From the NCBI RefSeq assembly GCF_009914755.1, contig NC_060944.1: DNA of 64,000 nt. The stretch is one strand, 5' to 3'. Positions 1 through 59,268 of this stretch are shown here, in pieces (the first letter of the stretch is position 1; each line of letters begins with the position of its first letter). The notes beneath the pieces are model-generated. The model was not told the origin of the DNA, did no database searches, and saw only the letters and a program-made list of their open reading frames with translations. Position numbers and translations under genes: made by a program. The stretch comes from the human T2T-CHM13v2.0 reference genome, Homo sapiens.

Positions 1-2689
1 AGAGGAGTCGCAGATCTGCCCGAATCTTGCTCTACCCGCCTGGCCGCCTTCTTCCGTCTGGGGTGGGGGCAGGGGTGGCGGATGACTCAGGCCTGGGGCC
101 GGGAGCCCTGTTTCCAAAGGCACCACCTCGCGCCTCTTTGGAAGTGGCGCGCTGTTGGGGCGCTCCCGCTGTTGCAGAGGCCTGGTTTGCGGTTTCATAG
201 GGGCGTGGGTCCAGGGCTTCCAGGGAGTAAGTGAGTTTAGGCTCCCTAGGGGGCGGTAGAGGGGAACCCCCGACAACCTTCCATCCTCTTCTCCAGGCGG
301 CTGCGAGGCCTCCGGGGTTCCAGAGGGGTCCCCTTCTGCCGGTGCCGGCTGTCTTGAGCGCGGCCACGCAGTCCGCGTCTTCACGTGGGCAAGGGGCGGG
401 GACGTTGGAGGGAGGCTGTCTTGGATGCTGGAGCCTTCGGTTCCCGGCTCTGCTGAGCAGAAAAGTTGAAGTCAAGGAAGGGTTGAGGCTTCCTCACAAG
501 GGCGCGCGCGTGCCTGGGTGCCGGCCCAGAAGCCGAGAATGTGCGTATTGGGGAAGGGTCTCCCGTGCCGAGAAGACAGAGGATTTGTTCTAGCTGCCTT
601 CCGTACAGAGGGCGCGGAGGTTGCGCTCCAGTTCGAACGCTTACCCATTGGAAAGAGGGCAGCGCCGGGGTCCAGGGAAGCTCCTTGGGAATGAATGGCC
701 TTTGCCAAGCGGTTCCGGATCCTCTGGGTCCTTTGGGCCCACGGCACGGTGCTGCGCGAGCCCTCAGTGCCCATCGGCTCCCTTCGCCTCCTGCGTAGAC
801 GCTCCCAGGCGGGGAGGCATATCGGTTCCTCCGGGCAGCTTTGGCTAGTGTTGCTGTGGGAAAGGAGAGCCAGGGCCTGGGATGGGGGATGAGCACCTTC
901 TTGCCCATTCCGGGCCCCAGCGTGCAGGAGGTAAACTTGCCAGCACAGACAAGACAGCTTGTTCAAGCTGCACCTCAGGCCGGGTCAGAGAATAAAACCG
1001 AGGGCTAGAAGGCCCAGAATGTCGGACAGCCCAGCGGCACCCGTCAGGGAGTCCCAGGCGCCCGAAAGAGGCGCCGCACCTCTGGCGAGTCTAGGACCCA
1101 TCTTCCTGGACCTGTGCTCTGGAGTGCCTGCGGGCCTGGGTCTAATTTCTGCTTCTGGCAGGTGTCCCCCTCCCCCGCCGCTAATACCAGGAGCGCTGCT
1201 TCTGCGGTAACTTATTTTACCCCCAGAAGCCTGTTTTGGGACCGAAGTGTCAGGGTCCTGTGTGTCTTTTTATGCACTGTTCTCCTTAGTGCAAAGCCCT
1301 GCAGATATGCTTGGCCGAAAAGTCTCAGTGGTTTCAACTTCCAGATTTTGTTCCCGCGTCCGGTCGGAAAATCACCTGGGATTTGGCTGCTGTCTAAGGC
1401 CGGGGGAAAGTTTCCCTTGGAGGACGCCTATTATTATTATTTTCTTTTAGGCCCACCTGGGTCTAAATAAATGCTAAAGTTCAAACGAACCCGAGAAGGA
1501 ACAGCGAGGCAGTGGATGCCGCCATTCCGTGGATGGGAGAGTCATGTCTACTGCAGGTGCGGACACCGTACTGATAGGCATTGATTATTGCAAAATCGTA
1601 TTCAGTATCAAATAGAAATAGTCTTGTCCTCTAATCCCCACAGAATGTTTAAATCCAGCCCAGGGAGCCAGTTGGGGCGTCCCAACAAATACGCCCTCGA
1701 GAATTAGCGATGTTCCCCTTACAATGAAAGTCAATTGCTGCATAATAACTGGGCCAAAGAATTTCGTTAGTTTAAATTTTAAAAATTAGTATTGCACTTT
1801 GCTTTCAAGTTTGGGTGGCAAGTACCGAAGGGGAGAGGGAAGCAGCGTTTGTGTGGAAGGAAGTTTCGTTTTCTGTCTAAACATGTGGGACCTGGGTGTC
1901 TACCTCTCCAGTCGAGAGCTCTCTGCAGGCTCTCTCCCAACTTCCTGCACCTCCTCACCCTCACCTTACCCGTGGCGCTCGGGTTTTATTCCTGCCCGGC
2001 GCTTCTTTCCCAGGGCGAGTAGAGGCTTCTGAGTGACCGGCCCGCCAGAGGCAGCTGCAGAGCCGGCGTTCCGCAGGGCAGGGCAGGGCCGGGCCGCTGG
2101 GCTGGTCCAGTGCGCGCGGGTTCCCCCTGGCCTCAGCCAGCCGCGGGAGATGCCACTTCGGGCGACAGCGGCGAGACGCCGCTGTCCGCAACTCCTGGGC
2201 GGGTAGGACCGTCTGCTGCCTCTGCGGCCCTTGGGGCAGACTCCCCAGGAGTCCCTTCCTCTCTCCTCCCGCCCGGGGGCCGGGACCGCGCTGTGCCCAC
2301 GGAGGGAACTGGGCGTCTCTGGCGCACTGGGGCTCCAGCTGCATGATCCCAGCTCAGACCTTAAGCCTCAGTGGGGTGTAGGTGGGATGGGATGTGTTTT
2401 TAGGAGATGAGGAGACCCCGGTTGTTGAGTCGCTCCCCAAATGCGCAGTTTCTTAACTCCAGGTGACATCCGTCTTTTGGAGGAACGAGTGAAGGCCGTT
2501 TAGGCGAAAGAGGGGTGGGTTTCAGTATTTGGATCCCTTCCCCCAGCTCTGCCAATCTCAGGTGTGTTTACGGTGGAGGTGACAGAAGGAAGGCGCGTCG
2601 GGGGACCCAGGCCTCGCAGGTCTTCGGCTGTCAACGAGGCACCGCCCACTGACTCCGCGCTTCGTCCCTCACAGCGTGGGGCTCGGCGC

Positions 2690-2850
2690 TGCGCCAGGCC
2701 CGGGTGCGGGGCGGAGCTAGGCTGGGACTGGCTGGGGGCCGCCCCGCCCGGCGCCTGGGCCTCCGCGCCGGCCCCCGGGGAGGAGTTATGATAATTTCCT
2801 TCTCATTAAGGCGCTCGGGTCCCCCGGCTATCGCCAGGACACACTGTTCG
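2690..2850 (+). promoter_or_regulatory. Probable TFAP2C core promoter with GC boxes
   Basis: GGGGCGG near 2708 and CCGCCCCGCCC near 2739, then an AT-rich element TTATGATAATTT near 2786. The exact TSS cannot be read from sequence. Confidence 0.6.
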
Positions 2851-2922
2851 GGCGCGGCTTTCCCCGTCCGCGGAGCGGTCTTGACACTCGCGGCGGCAGC
2901 ATCTACGCTCGCAGAGCCGCCG

Positions 2923-2937
2923 ATGCGTGTCCAGTGA
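2923..2937 (+). other. Upstream ORF (MRVQ stop) in the probable 5'UTR
   Basis: ATG CGT GTC CAG TGA; weak Kozak context (C at -3 and +4); ends 137 nt before the main ATG. Requires a TSS upstream of 2923. Confidence 0.6.
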
Positions 2938-2983
2938 CCCGGACAGCAAGGCCCGCGCGCGGCGGGGGCGGCGGCAGACGCCT

Positions 2984-2996
2984 GGTCACCGTGACC
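2984..2996. promoter_or_regulatory. Perfect estrogen response element in the 5'UTR
   Basis: GGTCA-CCG-TGACC is an exact GGTCAnnnTGACC palindrome. Estrogen induction of TFAP2C through a 5'UTR ERE is recalled from the literature. Confidence 0.88.
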
Positions 2997-3074
2997 CCGA
3001 TTTTGGATTTACCGCTTGGGGGCTGGGGGGATCCTGGATTTAACTGGCGACTGTTTTGGGGGACGCCGGACGCC

Positions 3075-11543
<8,469 letters not shown>

Positions 11544-12810
11544 AATTGGAACGAAGAAAGGTTAGGAGAGTAGGGAAGGAACAGGACTGCAAAAATCCTT
11601 CTCCACCGCACAGACTGGGAACCCCTCCTGGCCTGGGGGAAGAGTTTGTTACCTACCTTACTATTTAAAGAGCCTTCACTGGTTCTGCATCACCCGCCCC
11701 TGGACTTCTTAGTTGTTTCTCTAGCGCTGAGCTATCTCCTAACTTTGGACCTATTATCAGAAGGTGACAAGTACTGGCTCTTTATTCATTAAGCTTTTTT
11801 TTTTTGAACCCCATTCTTTCCTTCTCTGAAAGTGGTGCTATAAGTTTTAGAATCTTTTAAATACATTCCCTGGGCCAACAGACCCACACACTTAGCCATT
11901 GAAATGTCAAATTGATGTGCCCTAGATCAACAGATCAACAATACCTTTTTTTTCAGTGTTAAGGTAATGGTTGGTTTTTGTGTCCGCTAAATATTTACCT
12001 TGAAAAAAAGAAAAGTGTGTATCTAGCTTCTTCAGAGATCAAGTCCTCTGGTAGGAGGCAAAGGTTCTATCTGCTTAGCAACTAGTTAATAAGTGGTATC
12101 TGACACACTCTAAACCCCGTGTTCAAACGGGGGCCTTCTGGTTTTAGGAAACTTGTAGAAACGAAGCCTGCTGATTGATTTTTTTCTCCTTTTTTTTTTT
12201 TTTTTTTTTTAACTTTGAAAGTTAACTCTTCAAATGGGAGACTCTTTGAAATGACATGTTCCTTTAAGGTACTGAAGCTTTATTTGCATATTTATTTCAG
12301 ATGTTTCGAGTAAACTTGAAAAGGGTAGGCACGAAGCAATTTGTTGCTGCTTGTCACCCCCAAGTCCCCGTGGAGGTTCTGTATTTTAAGAAACAGTGCG
12401 TTGAGTGTACAGATTTTATTTATGCGTAATTTAATGGGGTCTGTAAATACTGGTGCACTTCTTACGACTTTTTTGAGACATGGGATCCAATTTTAATATT
12501 AACTTTTAATGGTGATGGGGTAATCTATAACACATCATAAGGTTTTATTCATATATATACAGGGTATTAAGAATTAAGAGGATGCTGGGCTCTGTTCTTG
12601 GCTTGGAAGATTCTATTTAATTGAAACTCTCTGTTCAGAAAGCAATAACTTTGTCTCGTTCCTGTTGGGCTGAACCCTAAGGTGAGTGTGCAGTACAGTG
12701 TGTGTGGGTGAAATGGAGATTTGGAATTGAACTCTCTGCCTGTAAATGTTCCCCAAATAATTGTTGTGTGTATGATACGTGTATAATAAAAGTATTCTTG
12801 TTAGAATCTG
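11544..12810 (+). other. TFAP2C: TFAP2C 3'UTR
   Basis: Repeat-free AU-rich stretch from the stop codon to the poly(A) signal; cleavage position estimated. Confidence 0.85.
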
Positions 12811-12848
12811 AAAGTCTGGCTATAGGTTTTTGTTTTTGCTTTTGTTTT
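12785..12848 (+). terminator. Polyadenylation signal AATAAA plus downstream GU/U-rich element
   Basis: AATAAA 12785-12790; upstream TGTA motifs near 12741, 12769, 12780; GGTTTTTGTTTTTGCTTTTGTTTT at ~12825-12848. Confidence 0.88.
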
Positions 12849-13218
12849 AAAGTCTTTTGGGTGAATGGAATTAGGGCAGAGCTGATTTATGGCTTGACTG
12901 TGGCTTGGTTAATGCCCTGAGCAGGCAAGTTTTGTGTGCTGTTGGGGAGGAACCTGAAGTTTCACCTTTTCTCCCTAGCGACACTGTTCAGCTACCCCAG
13001 GCCTTATGCTGTCATCAGTGTCTCTCAACTGCAGAGGGATAGAATCATCCTCCCCACCCTGGAGGTGTTGGGAAATGTCTGAGGGACAGTTTATTGACAT
13101 TAAGAGGGGCCAATGTTTTGGGAACAATGTCTCATGGAAGGTTACTGTATTGAGGACAGGTACACTGGCATACTGTACTCAGCATACTGTATAGTGGTCA
13201 AGAATGGAAGTGAAATGA

Positions 13219-16672
<3,454 letters not shown>

Positions 16673-17089
16673 TAGTAGTCCTCATTTGCTTTTCTGAAAT
16701 CTACAGGTCACCACCCTGGGAGTCTTGATGATGCTTGGAGCCATCAAAACCTCACCCCTCCCAGGTTTGCCAATACAGACTGCTGTCATGCACAAGGTCC
16801 ATATTGATACAAGGCAGATCATACCTTGAAGGTCTCTGTCTGCTAGTAACATGATCTTCTGCAGAAACAAACTTGACCTTAGGCTTTACAAAAAGTAACT
16901 CTTACGTTAGAGCCCATAGTTGCATGGAACGCTCAATTATTTTTGGCACAGGCATAAACGCTGTAATTTCCTGACTTCTTTTGGATAACATCTAGATGGG
17001 GGAAATGGGTAGAAGAAAAGCACGGAAACCAAATAGAATTGAAAGGCATAATTCCAGGGTCCTGTCCAAGGAATGTTTACGAGGTCAAG

Positions 17090-17092
<3 letters not shown>

Positions 17093-17120
<28 letters not shown>
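17093..17120. repeat. (GT)14 microsatellite
   Basis: Read directly. Confidence 0.97.
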
Positions 17121-17284
17121 TTCAAGACACATGTGGTGTTACTGTGGCTTCTCAACGTTTTCCAGGAAGATCTTGGCCTTCAGGAGTGACACTCCCTACG
17201 AGAATGTGAACGTGGGTGAGTTGAAGAGGACACCTTGGCATCTGGCCTTTGCTGAGGCTGGAAAGCATTTGGGACTTCACAGTT

Positions 17285-19777
<2,493 letters not shown>

Positions 19778-20764
19778 GTCTGGCTTCTTCAGTAGACCCT
19801 GAGGTCATGAGGGCCAGAGCTATGTCTGTCTTGTGCTTTAGGGTCTCTCCACGCACTAGCTCAATGCCCAGTAAGCACCCACATTGAATCATACGGCTGA
19901 GCCTGGGCTATGGGGTGGGGTCTATGGGCAGTTCCTTTTCCAGAGCCTCTTCAGGGCTCAGGGCCATGTGTGGATTGGGGCCGGCCCACCAGAAAGAATT
20001 TCACCTCGGCCTCCCCAGGTGCTGGGATTACAGGCCTTAACTCCTGCACCCTGCCCCTTCATGTATTTTTAGGCTGCTATCCTGCTTCCTTCAAACCTCC
20101 CATCTTTTCCAAACTTAGGATCTCCAGGTCTCTCAGTGAGTCCCTCTGTGCCTTGGTTTCTAGAATCTGTTCTTAACAAATGGTTAGAGAAAATAAAAAT
20201 AAATGTTCCAGGTGAGAACACACACACAAACTTGAGCCAAAGCCGGAAGATGAGAGGGCATGCAGTGCAGATACTTAAGGAGGGAATCCCAGAGAGGGAG
20301 GAGCATGTGCAAAGGCCCTGAGGTGGGGGTGTGCTGGGATTTTCATGGGAGAGCAGAAAGGACCCTGTGGCTGGAGTGGGGAGGGTGGGGTGAACAGCAG
20401 ATGTAGGGAGGACGCAGACTCTGGATCTTACCCCCGGGGACATGGGGAAGCCAGTGGGGTTTGGGCCACAGAAACTTCCGAATCTTGTGTTTTGAAGGGA
20501 GCACTCAGCCACTGGCTGCTGAATAGACTGGGTTGTGTGTGTGTAATTCCAGCTCCGTCCATTTCTCTCGAGCACTGAGCACAACTTTCTCTGTACTTCT
20601 TCACTTTGGAGGGGCAAGGAGGGGTGAAGTCTTGCTGGTTGTGTTTCCATTTATTCAACAAATGTTTATTGAATACCTCCTGGAGGCTGGGCTGTGTTCT
20701 AAGCATGGGGGCATAGGTGTGAACTGGGTAGAGTCTGGCCCTGCTGGCAGGGAGCTTGGTCTAG

Positions 20765-27944
<7,180 letters not shown>

Positions 27945-28684
27945 TGAGAGTGAGATGGAGAAGGTGAAAGGACCCAGCAAACTAGAGTGTCAGGTGGCCT
28001 CTGTGTGTGGCTTTCAGTCGTCATCAGTCTGTGGCTCCCTCATTTGGACCTCTTGAGAGCCCAGATTGGAGGCATCAGCCATTGCTGCTGGCCCCACATC
28101 CAGATCACACTGAGTGCAACTGTCTCCTCCTCCCCACACACACACATCGTCTTCCTCTACGTCACCGGCATCTCCCGTCTGGCCATATCCCAATGTATAT
28201 GGCCTTTCCCATCAGGCAGCCTGAGGGATCCTGTTGAAATGGAGCCAGGATTTGTCATGCCACTGCCTAACACCATGCAATCATGTCTCATTCTGCTCGG
28301 AAGAAAGTTCCAGTCTCCTTACCTGGCCTACTTACAAGTGGTCCCCTGTCCATTCCACGCCAGCCTTGCATCTTGCTGCCAATAGTGGAATCATGCTTGG
28401 TCCTGTCTCAGAATCTTGCATCTGCTGTCCCCCTGCCTCAAAGATTCTTTCTGGAAGCCCCTGTGCCTAACTCTTCCTGCAGCTCTGAGCTGGAACACAG
28501 CCCCTCAGAGACCCTCCGGGCTACAGCAGCTCCCAAGTTGCTCTCTCCTATCTTCACTGCAGAGACCAGGATCTGGAATGGTCTGCCTCAGCTTTTGACA
28601 TTTGTATGGGCTGTTCCTGGACTAGAGTGTAAGCTCCATGTGGGGTGCCCTATGTCACCAGCATGTCAACAAGATCCAGAACCA

Positions 28685-29871
<1,187 letters not shown>

Positions 29872-31959
29872 GCCTAAGTTACTTCTGGTTAATGAGACAA
29901 TAAAAAAACCTGCCCCATGGTGAGATCACAGGTTAAAAACATTTTTGGTGGGGACAGGGGGATATTTGAATCTCTGTAGAGCGTGCTGTGAAAATAACTC
30001 ACACAGTCTCATCCACAGACGGGTGACAGATCAAGCTTTCTGGCCCCTGGCCTAGAGTACTACTTGGCACAGAGTGGTTGCTAAGTAATTAATAAAACAA
30101 TTGCAAGAATAAATGAAATTTGAGCATGATAGGAAATGTTAGTCCCATTTTAGGTGCAAATACAAAAGCGTAGAGCTGCAAAGGGACTTAGGATCTTGAA
30201 CATTCCCAAGTCAGACACGGCTGAGTTTGAGGGATGAGGTCGAGAGCTCATCTGCCTCTCCAGGCAGCTGGGCTGGCTGGTGGAGGTGGGACTCAGTCAC
30301 TTCCTAGCTGTGTGGCTTTAGGCAAGTTTCTTCACTTTTCTGAGCCAATTGCCTCGTGCCTAAACTGAGGATCTTAGTCATCCCCCTGTGAGGATGTTGG
30401 GAAGACAGATGAGATGGCGGTGGCTACAGAGCATGCAGCATCTGGCCGGCTGCTGGTGGGTGCCCTGCACATAGTAGCTGCTAGTATTATTAACCCGTCT
30501 CTTGCCAGAAGGATTTGCAAGGTATCAGGAGAATTGTTGTGCCTTAAATGGCTCAGGAAACTGGCAGTTGGGCTGAGAGCTGGCCTTGCTCTTATTTAGT
30601 GCCAATGCCCTGCCCACCCCTGCCAGCATCTGTCCTGAGTTAGGGGACCTCACCAGCATCCTCTCTATCAGTAGCTGCAGTTTACTCTGATGCACTGGGA
30701 TCAGCTCCAGACTGCGAGTTCCCTCTCCCTCCCTCAGCCCTGTAATGACATGGTTGGAGGCCATTATTTTACAGAAAACTCTTAGAACTTACAGAGTCTT
30801 TTACAAGACCAAATTGATGCCCAACTGAAGGATCCTGTAGGTGCTAAGGTTTCAAATCTGGGACTTACCTTCTAAGCCTTCATTAAGTCATTTCATTAAT
30901 AATCACCTGGCAAGGGCTTGTTTTAGGGCATCCAGGCTTCTAGGCTGGTCAGTGGAAGAGCAGATAAGCCTCCAAGAAGCTCCCCAGACCTTCCTCCTAG
31001 TCAGGGAAGCCAAAGACATCAGGCAGGAGGGAAGTTTCTGGCATGCTAAGTACCACGATGCAAATAAAATGAGGTTTTGCGATGGGGAGGCGGTGGCGAA
31101 AGAGATGGCAGGGAGTCCCTTAGCGAGAGTGGTCAGGGAAGGCTTCTCAAAAGAGGGGGCATTTTTTTTAAGCCCTGAATAATGGGAGTGAGCCAGCCAT
31201 AAGTGGGCCGGGAGGAAAGATGCTCAGGAATAGAGACAAGGCCAGAATTATAGCAAGGCATGAGAGGTGGGGAAGCCCAGGAGACACAGTGTGCTCAGAG
31301 TCAACGCATGAGGCTTAGATTTTATTCTAGTTGACGTTTGGTTTTAAGCAAGGAAAAAATAAAATCTAACTTGGCTTTTAAACAGACAATTCCCTCTGCT
31401 GTGGGAGAAATAGGTTAGTGTGGAGGCAGGGAGGCCAGTTTACGAGGCTCCGGTAGTGATCCAAGGAGGTTGGGGGGTAGGCTGGAGTGGCAGAGGGGAG
31501 CCGGGTGCCAGCATGTTTTGCGGATGGACCTGATGGAACTTGCTGCCAGGTGGACGGGAGACACCTCTAGCACTTTTCAAGCGGTTGTAAACTATTTATA
31601 GCAGCTTCTGGCACTCGGCAGTTCTCCTGGGTCTTGGTGATGACAGAGGGAGAGCCGCCAATTTATGTTCCTTCAGTCAGGATGGCTGGCCAGCCTCTTT
31701 GGTCAAATGCCTTGGAGGAGGATATGGTGGGGCCGATGGATTTCTTCCAAAATGAAGATGGTGATAATGGCAGCAAGGAACTGTGTCATTACTCTGTTCA
31801 TAGGCCCCAGTCCTCTTCCCACCAATTCACCTCTTTCTCTTCTATCTCCCCTTGGGAGAAGGGTGGGGGTTGGGGGGTGGGGGCAGTTTACCCACAGCTT
31901 GACCCAATTGTTCCTATTTCATGAACCAGGAGGAAGTCAACTTTTGAGCATGAGGGCTC

Positions 31960-40753
<8,794 letters not shown>

Positions 40754-40965
40754 TCTGGCTAGTATTCTGCATTCTTGACAGTCTGATAGATGGAAAAATA
40801 TCCCTATGGCAATGAATACACTTTAAAAACATACGGAATGTCGGTGGGCCACTCTTGCCCTCTCCCCAACTATCTTTAGTGGTGGGCTTCAGGCTCCGGG
40901 CACCCTCTATTTTGTTTCCTAGCATGAGTACATTCATGTAGTCATTGAACACCTCTTTAAACTCT

Positions 40966-41069
40966 GTGTTCGCTTCAGCAGCACATATACTAACATTGGA
41001 ACAATAGAGATCAGTATGTTCCCTGTGCAAGGACGACATGCAAATTCATGAAGCGTTCCGTGTATTTTT
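40966..41069 (+). pseudogene. U6 snRNA retropseudogene (RNU6-type)
   Basis: GTGTTCGCTTCAGCAGCACATATACTAA...CAAATTCATGAAGCGTTCC..ATTTTT aligns to U6 end to end. ACAGAGA box and AGC triad are damaged. A-rich tail and AAACTC flanking repeat present. Confidence 0.93.
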
Positions 41070-41678
41070 AAAATTTAATATATTAAAAAAATTTAAAACT
41101 CAATAGAGTGTCTGTTGTGTGCCAGACACTGTTCTGGGTGCTGAGGACACAGCAGAAAGAGATTGGCCCTCAGGCGGTTCATCCTGGTGAGGACCCAGAC
41201 AGCTCACACAACGGACGTGTAAAATGCACTGAGTGTTCCCAGGGTGAGAAGTGCTTTGGAGAAAAAATTAAAAGGGGCAGGAATGTGCATTTCTGGGGCT
41301 TCGGAAAGTTTCATGGAGGGGAGGGGAGGGGAGGGAGCAAGTGTAGAAGAAACAGAAGTCTAGGAAAAGGGTACAAAGTGCAAAGGCCTGGAGATGGGGA
41401 CCGTGCCCAACAGATTGGAGGAACAGCTGGGATAGCTGAGGCTGCAAAGCAGGGACTAGGAGGGCTGTGGGACCTCATGGCCCCTGGGAAGAAGTCTGCC
41501 TTTTGCTCCAGATGAGGTGGGGACCTTTGAAGGTTGGGACAACAGGGATGAGACCTGACATTTTCACCAGGATCACTTTGGCTACTGTCTTGTACATTGA
41601 CTGTAGGGGGTCAAGGTCAGAAACTCAAGACAGTTGGAGGCTAGAGAAATCATCAAACAAAAGATGGTGGTGAGTTGG

Positions 41679-42112
41679 TGTGCTGGGTTCAATAGTTTTT
41701 CTCCCAAATTTATGTCCACCTGGTATCTCAGAATGTGACCTTGTTTGGTCTTAGAGTCTTTGCAGATGTAGCTAAAGATCTCAAGATGAAATTATCCTGG
41801 ACTTAGGACCCACCCTAAATGACTGATATCCTCATAAAAAGGGGAAGCCACAGAAAGATACACAGAGAGAGGGGATGTGAAGACAGAGCCAGAGATGGCA
41901 GTGATGCCCAGGAACTGGTGTTCCTGGCAGAAGCACCAGAAGCTGGAAGAAGCCAGGAAGGGCCCTCCCCCAGAGCCTTCAGAGGGAAAGCAGCCCCGCC
42001 CATACCTTTATTTCAGACCTCTAGCCTCCAGAACCCTGAGTGAAAAAGATTCTGTTGTTTTAAGCCATCAATTTTGGACAATTTGTTACAGCAGCCCCAG
42101 GAAATGAATACA
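41679..42112 (+). mobile_element. Uninterrupted MLT1 solo LTR
   Basis: TG start, CAGAATGTGACCTT, CACCAGAAGCTGGAAGA, and TTTGTTACAGCAGCCCCAGGAAATGAATACA end. Confidence 0.87.
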
Positions 42113-42299
42113 CTTGTGCCAACACAAGAGTAGAGGAGAAGGTGAAAATTGGTCCGTCAGAGTTGGGATATATTTTGTAGGTAAAGCCAAGAGGATTTGC
42201 TGAAAAATAGGAACAAGAGAACAAGAAGAGTCCAGGCTGGCTCCAGGGTTTTTGCTCTGGGCATCTGGCAGGCTGACTGGGTATCAGAAGGGCTGTTTG

Positions 42300-48640
<6,341 letters not shown>

Positions 48641-48814
48641 GAAGAAGAAAGCCCACTGGTGTAAATCAATTTAAAAATGTGGAGAGGGACAGTAGGATGC
48701 TAATGAGCAGCTGGGAAGGTGAGATGGAATTAGAAAGCAATCTTTGGCACTTGGCAAATCATCATGATGATGAGTTCAGGCAAGAATCATCAACGAATGC
48801 CACAGTGAGTGGGC

Positions 48815-49903
<1,089 letters not shown>

Positions 49904-51235
49904 GATGTGGCCAGGAGTAGTGGCTCATGCCTGTAATCCCAGCACTTTGGAAGGTTGAGGCAGGTGGATCACATGAGTCCAGGAGTTTGAGAGCAGCCTG
50001 GGCAACATAATGAGACCCTGCTGCTCAAAAAAATAAAAAAACTAAAAATAAATAAATCAAAATAAGAAACTAATAGAGTGGGTGTGAAGTTGGAGAGCAA
50101 CGGGATGGTTACATGGTCTCAAAGTACCTTCCCGCAGGGGAAGCATGGGAACTTTACAGTGGAGAATCCTGGCCAACGCCGTGAGCGTGTGAGCGGTGCT
50201 AACCTCGCCAGAAAAGGGACCCAGGCAGCGTGGGCCTCCTGCCAAGGTGCACCAGGAGCCAGGCATCTGGTCAGTCTGAGGTGCCTGCCTGAGGGCAGAG
50301 CTGAGTCCCACCCAGACCTGCTCCCTCCAAGGCATCGGGGTACTCTGCACGTCCCAGGCTTTGTGAACGTGCCTTCCTTTTGCACAGTGTCTCCCTCCCA
50401 TCGCAGACATCTGGGGCCACAGGTCAGCCTTCTGAGAACGAGGCCGCTGGGAGGCACAAGTGCAGGACAGACACTGTTAACCATGGACAAGGGGAGGCGT
50501 TTGCCTTCCCTTTCTCTGTGTGCTCTGTGGGAGGGCTTCCTAGTAACCCCGCCAGCTTCTCCATTGCTCGGGGAGGAAGACAGAGGCCAGCTCATAGCCA
50601 TCACCAGGTGCACTGGCCAGTAAGCAGCAGAGCTGGGCGTTTCATGAGGGCTGGGTCAGGCAAAAGCCTGTGCTCCCTCCACTCCGGGAGCACTGGGCCC
50701 TTTGGTAGGATGGAATGGTTCTCAGAAAGCCTTTCTTCTGTAAGCTGCGTTCAAGCCAGTAGGACAGAAAGATGTCTTTTGCAGCTAGGGGGTGAATCTT
50801 TTGAAATTAAAAATTTTTTGAGACAGGGTCTTGCTCTGTTACCCAGGCTGGAGTGCAGTGGCATGATCTCAGCTCACTGTAACCTCCGCCTCCTGGGGCT
50901 CAAGTGATTCCCCCGCCTCAGCCTCCAGACTAGCTGGGACCACAGGAGTGTGCCACCACACCTGGCTAATTTAAAAAAATCTTTTGTAGAGATGGGGTCT
51001 CGCTATGTTTCTCAGGCTGGGCTTTCAGCATTTAAACTACATCCAACTCACACCAGAAGGGATGGCTCACCTGTGATTGGGAACAACACTAAAGCTCACG
51101 TGTAGTTGCCCTGTCCATATTAATAATGTCCATGAAGTGCCAGTTTAGCTGTGCTACTTACACTTTTTTTCTAACTCACCTTAAAAGAAACATAGAACTG
51201 TTGGAATAAAAGTTAAAATAGCCATTGGAATACTA

Positions 51236-51424
<189 letters not shown>

Positions 51425-51562
51425 TCAGGAGGTTGAGGCAGGAGAATTGCTTGAACCTAGGATGCAGAGGTTGCAGTCAGCTGAGATGGCACCACTGCAC
51501 TCCAGGCTGGGTGACAGAATGAGACTCCATCTCAGAAAAAAATTCATGAATGCCGCTAGATG

Positions 51563-52074
<512 letters not shown>

Positions 52075-52205
52075 TCACATGCTACTGCCTTAGTAAATCT
52101 GTACAGCAGGAGGATGGAGAGGACCTCCCCTAAGCTTACCCCTACTCCCTGAAGTCTGCCTAAACTTGCCCGCCCACCCTGCCCTTTCCTTCTTGGACAT
52201 ACTGA

Positions 52206-59268
<7,063 letters not shown>

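Noticed and set aside
1580-1600. CATTGATTATTGCAAAAT as an OCT-SOX composite
   Set aside because: Spacing and octamer do not match the composite consensus.
12115-12132. CCCCGT-loop-ACGGGG hairpin in the 3'UTR
   Set aside because: A 6-bp stem is common by chance, and I have no covariation evidence.
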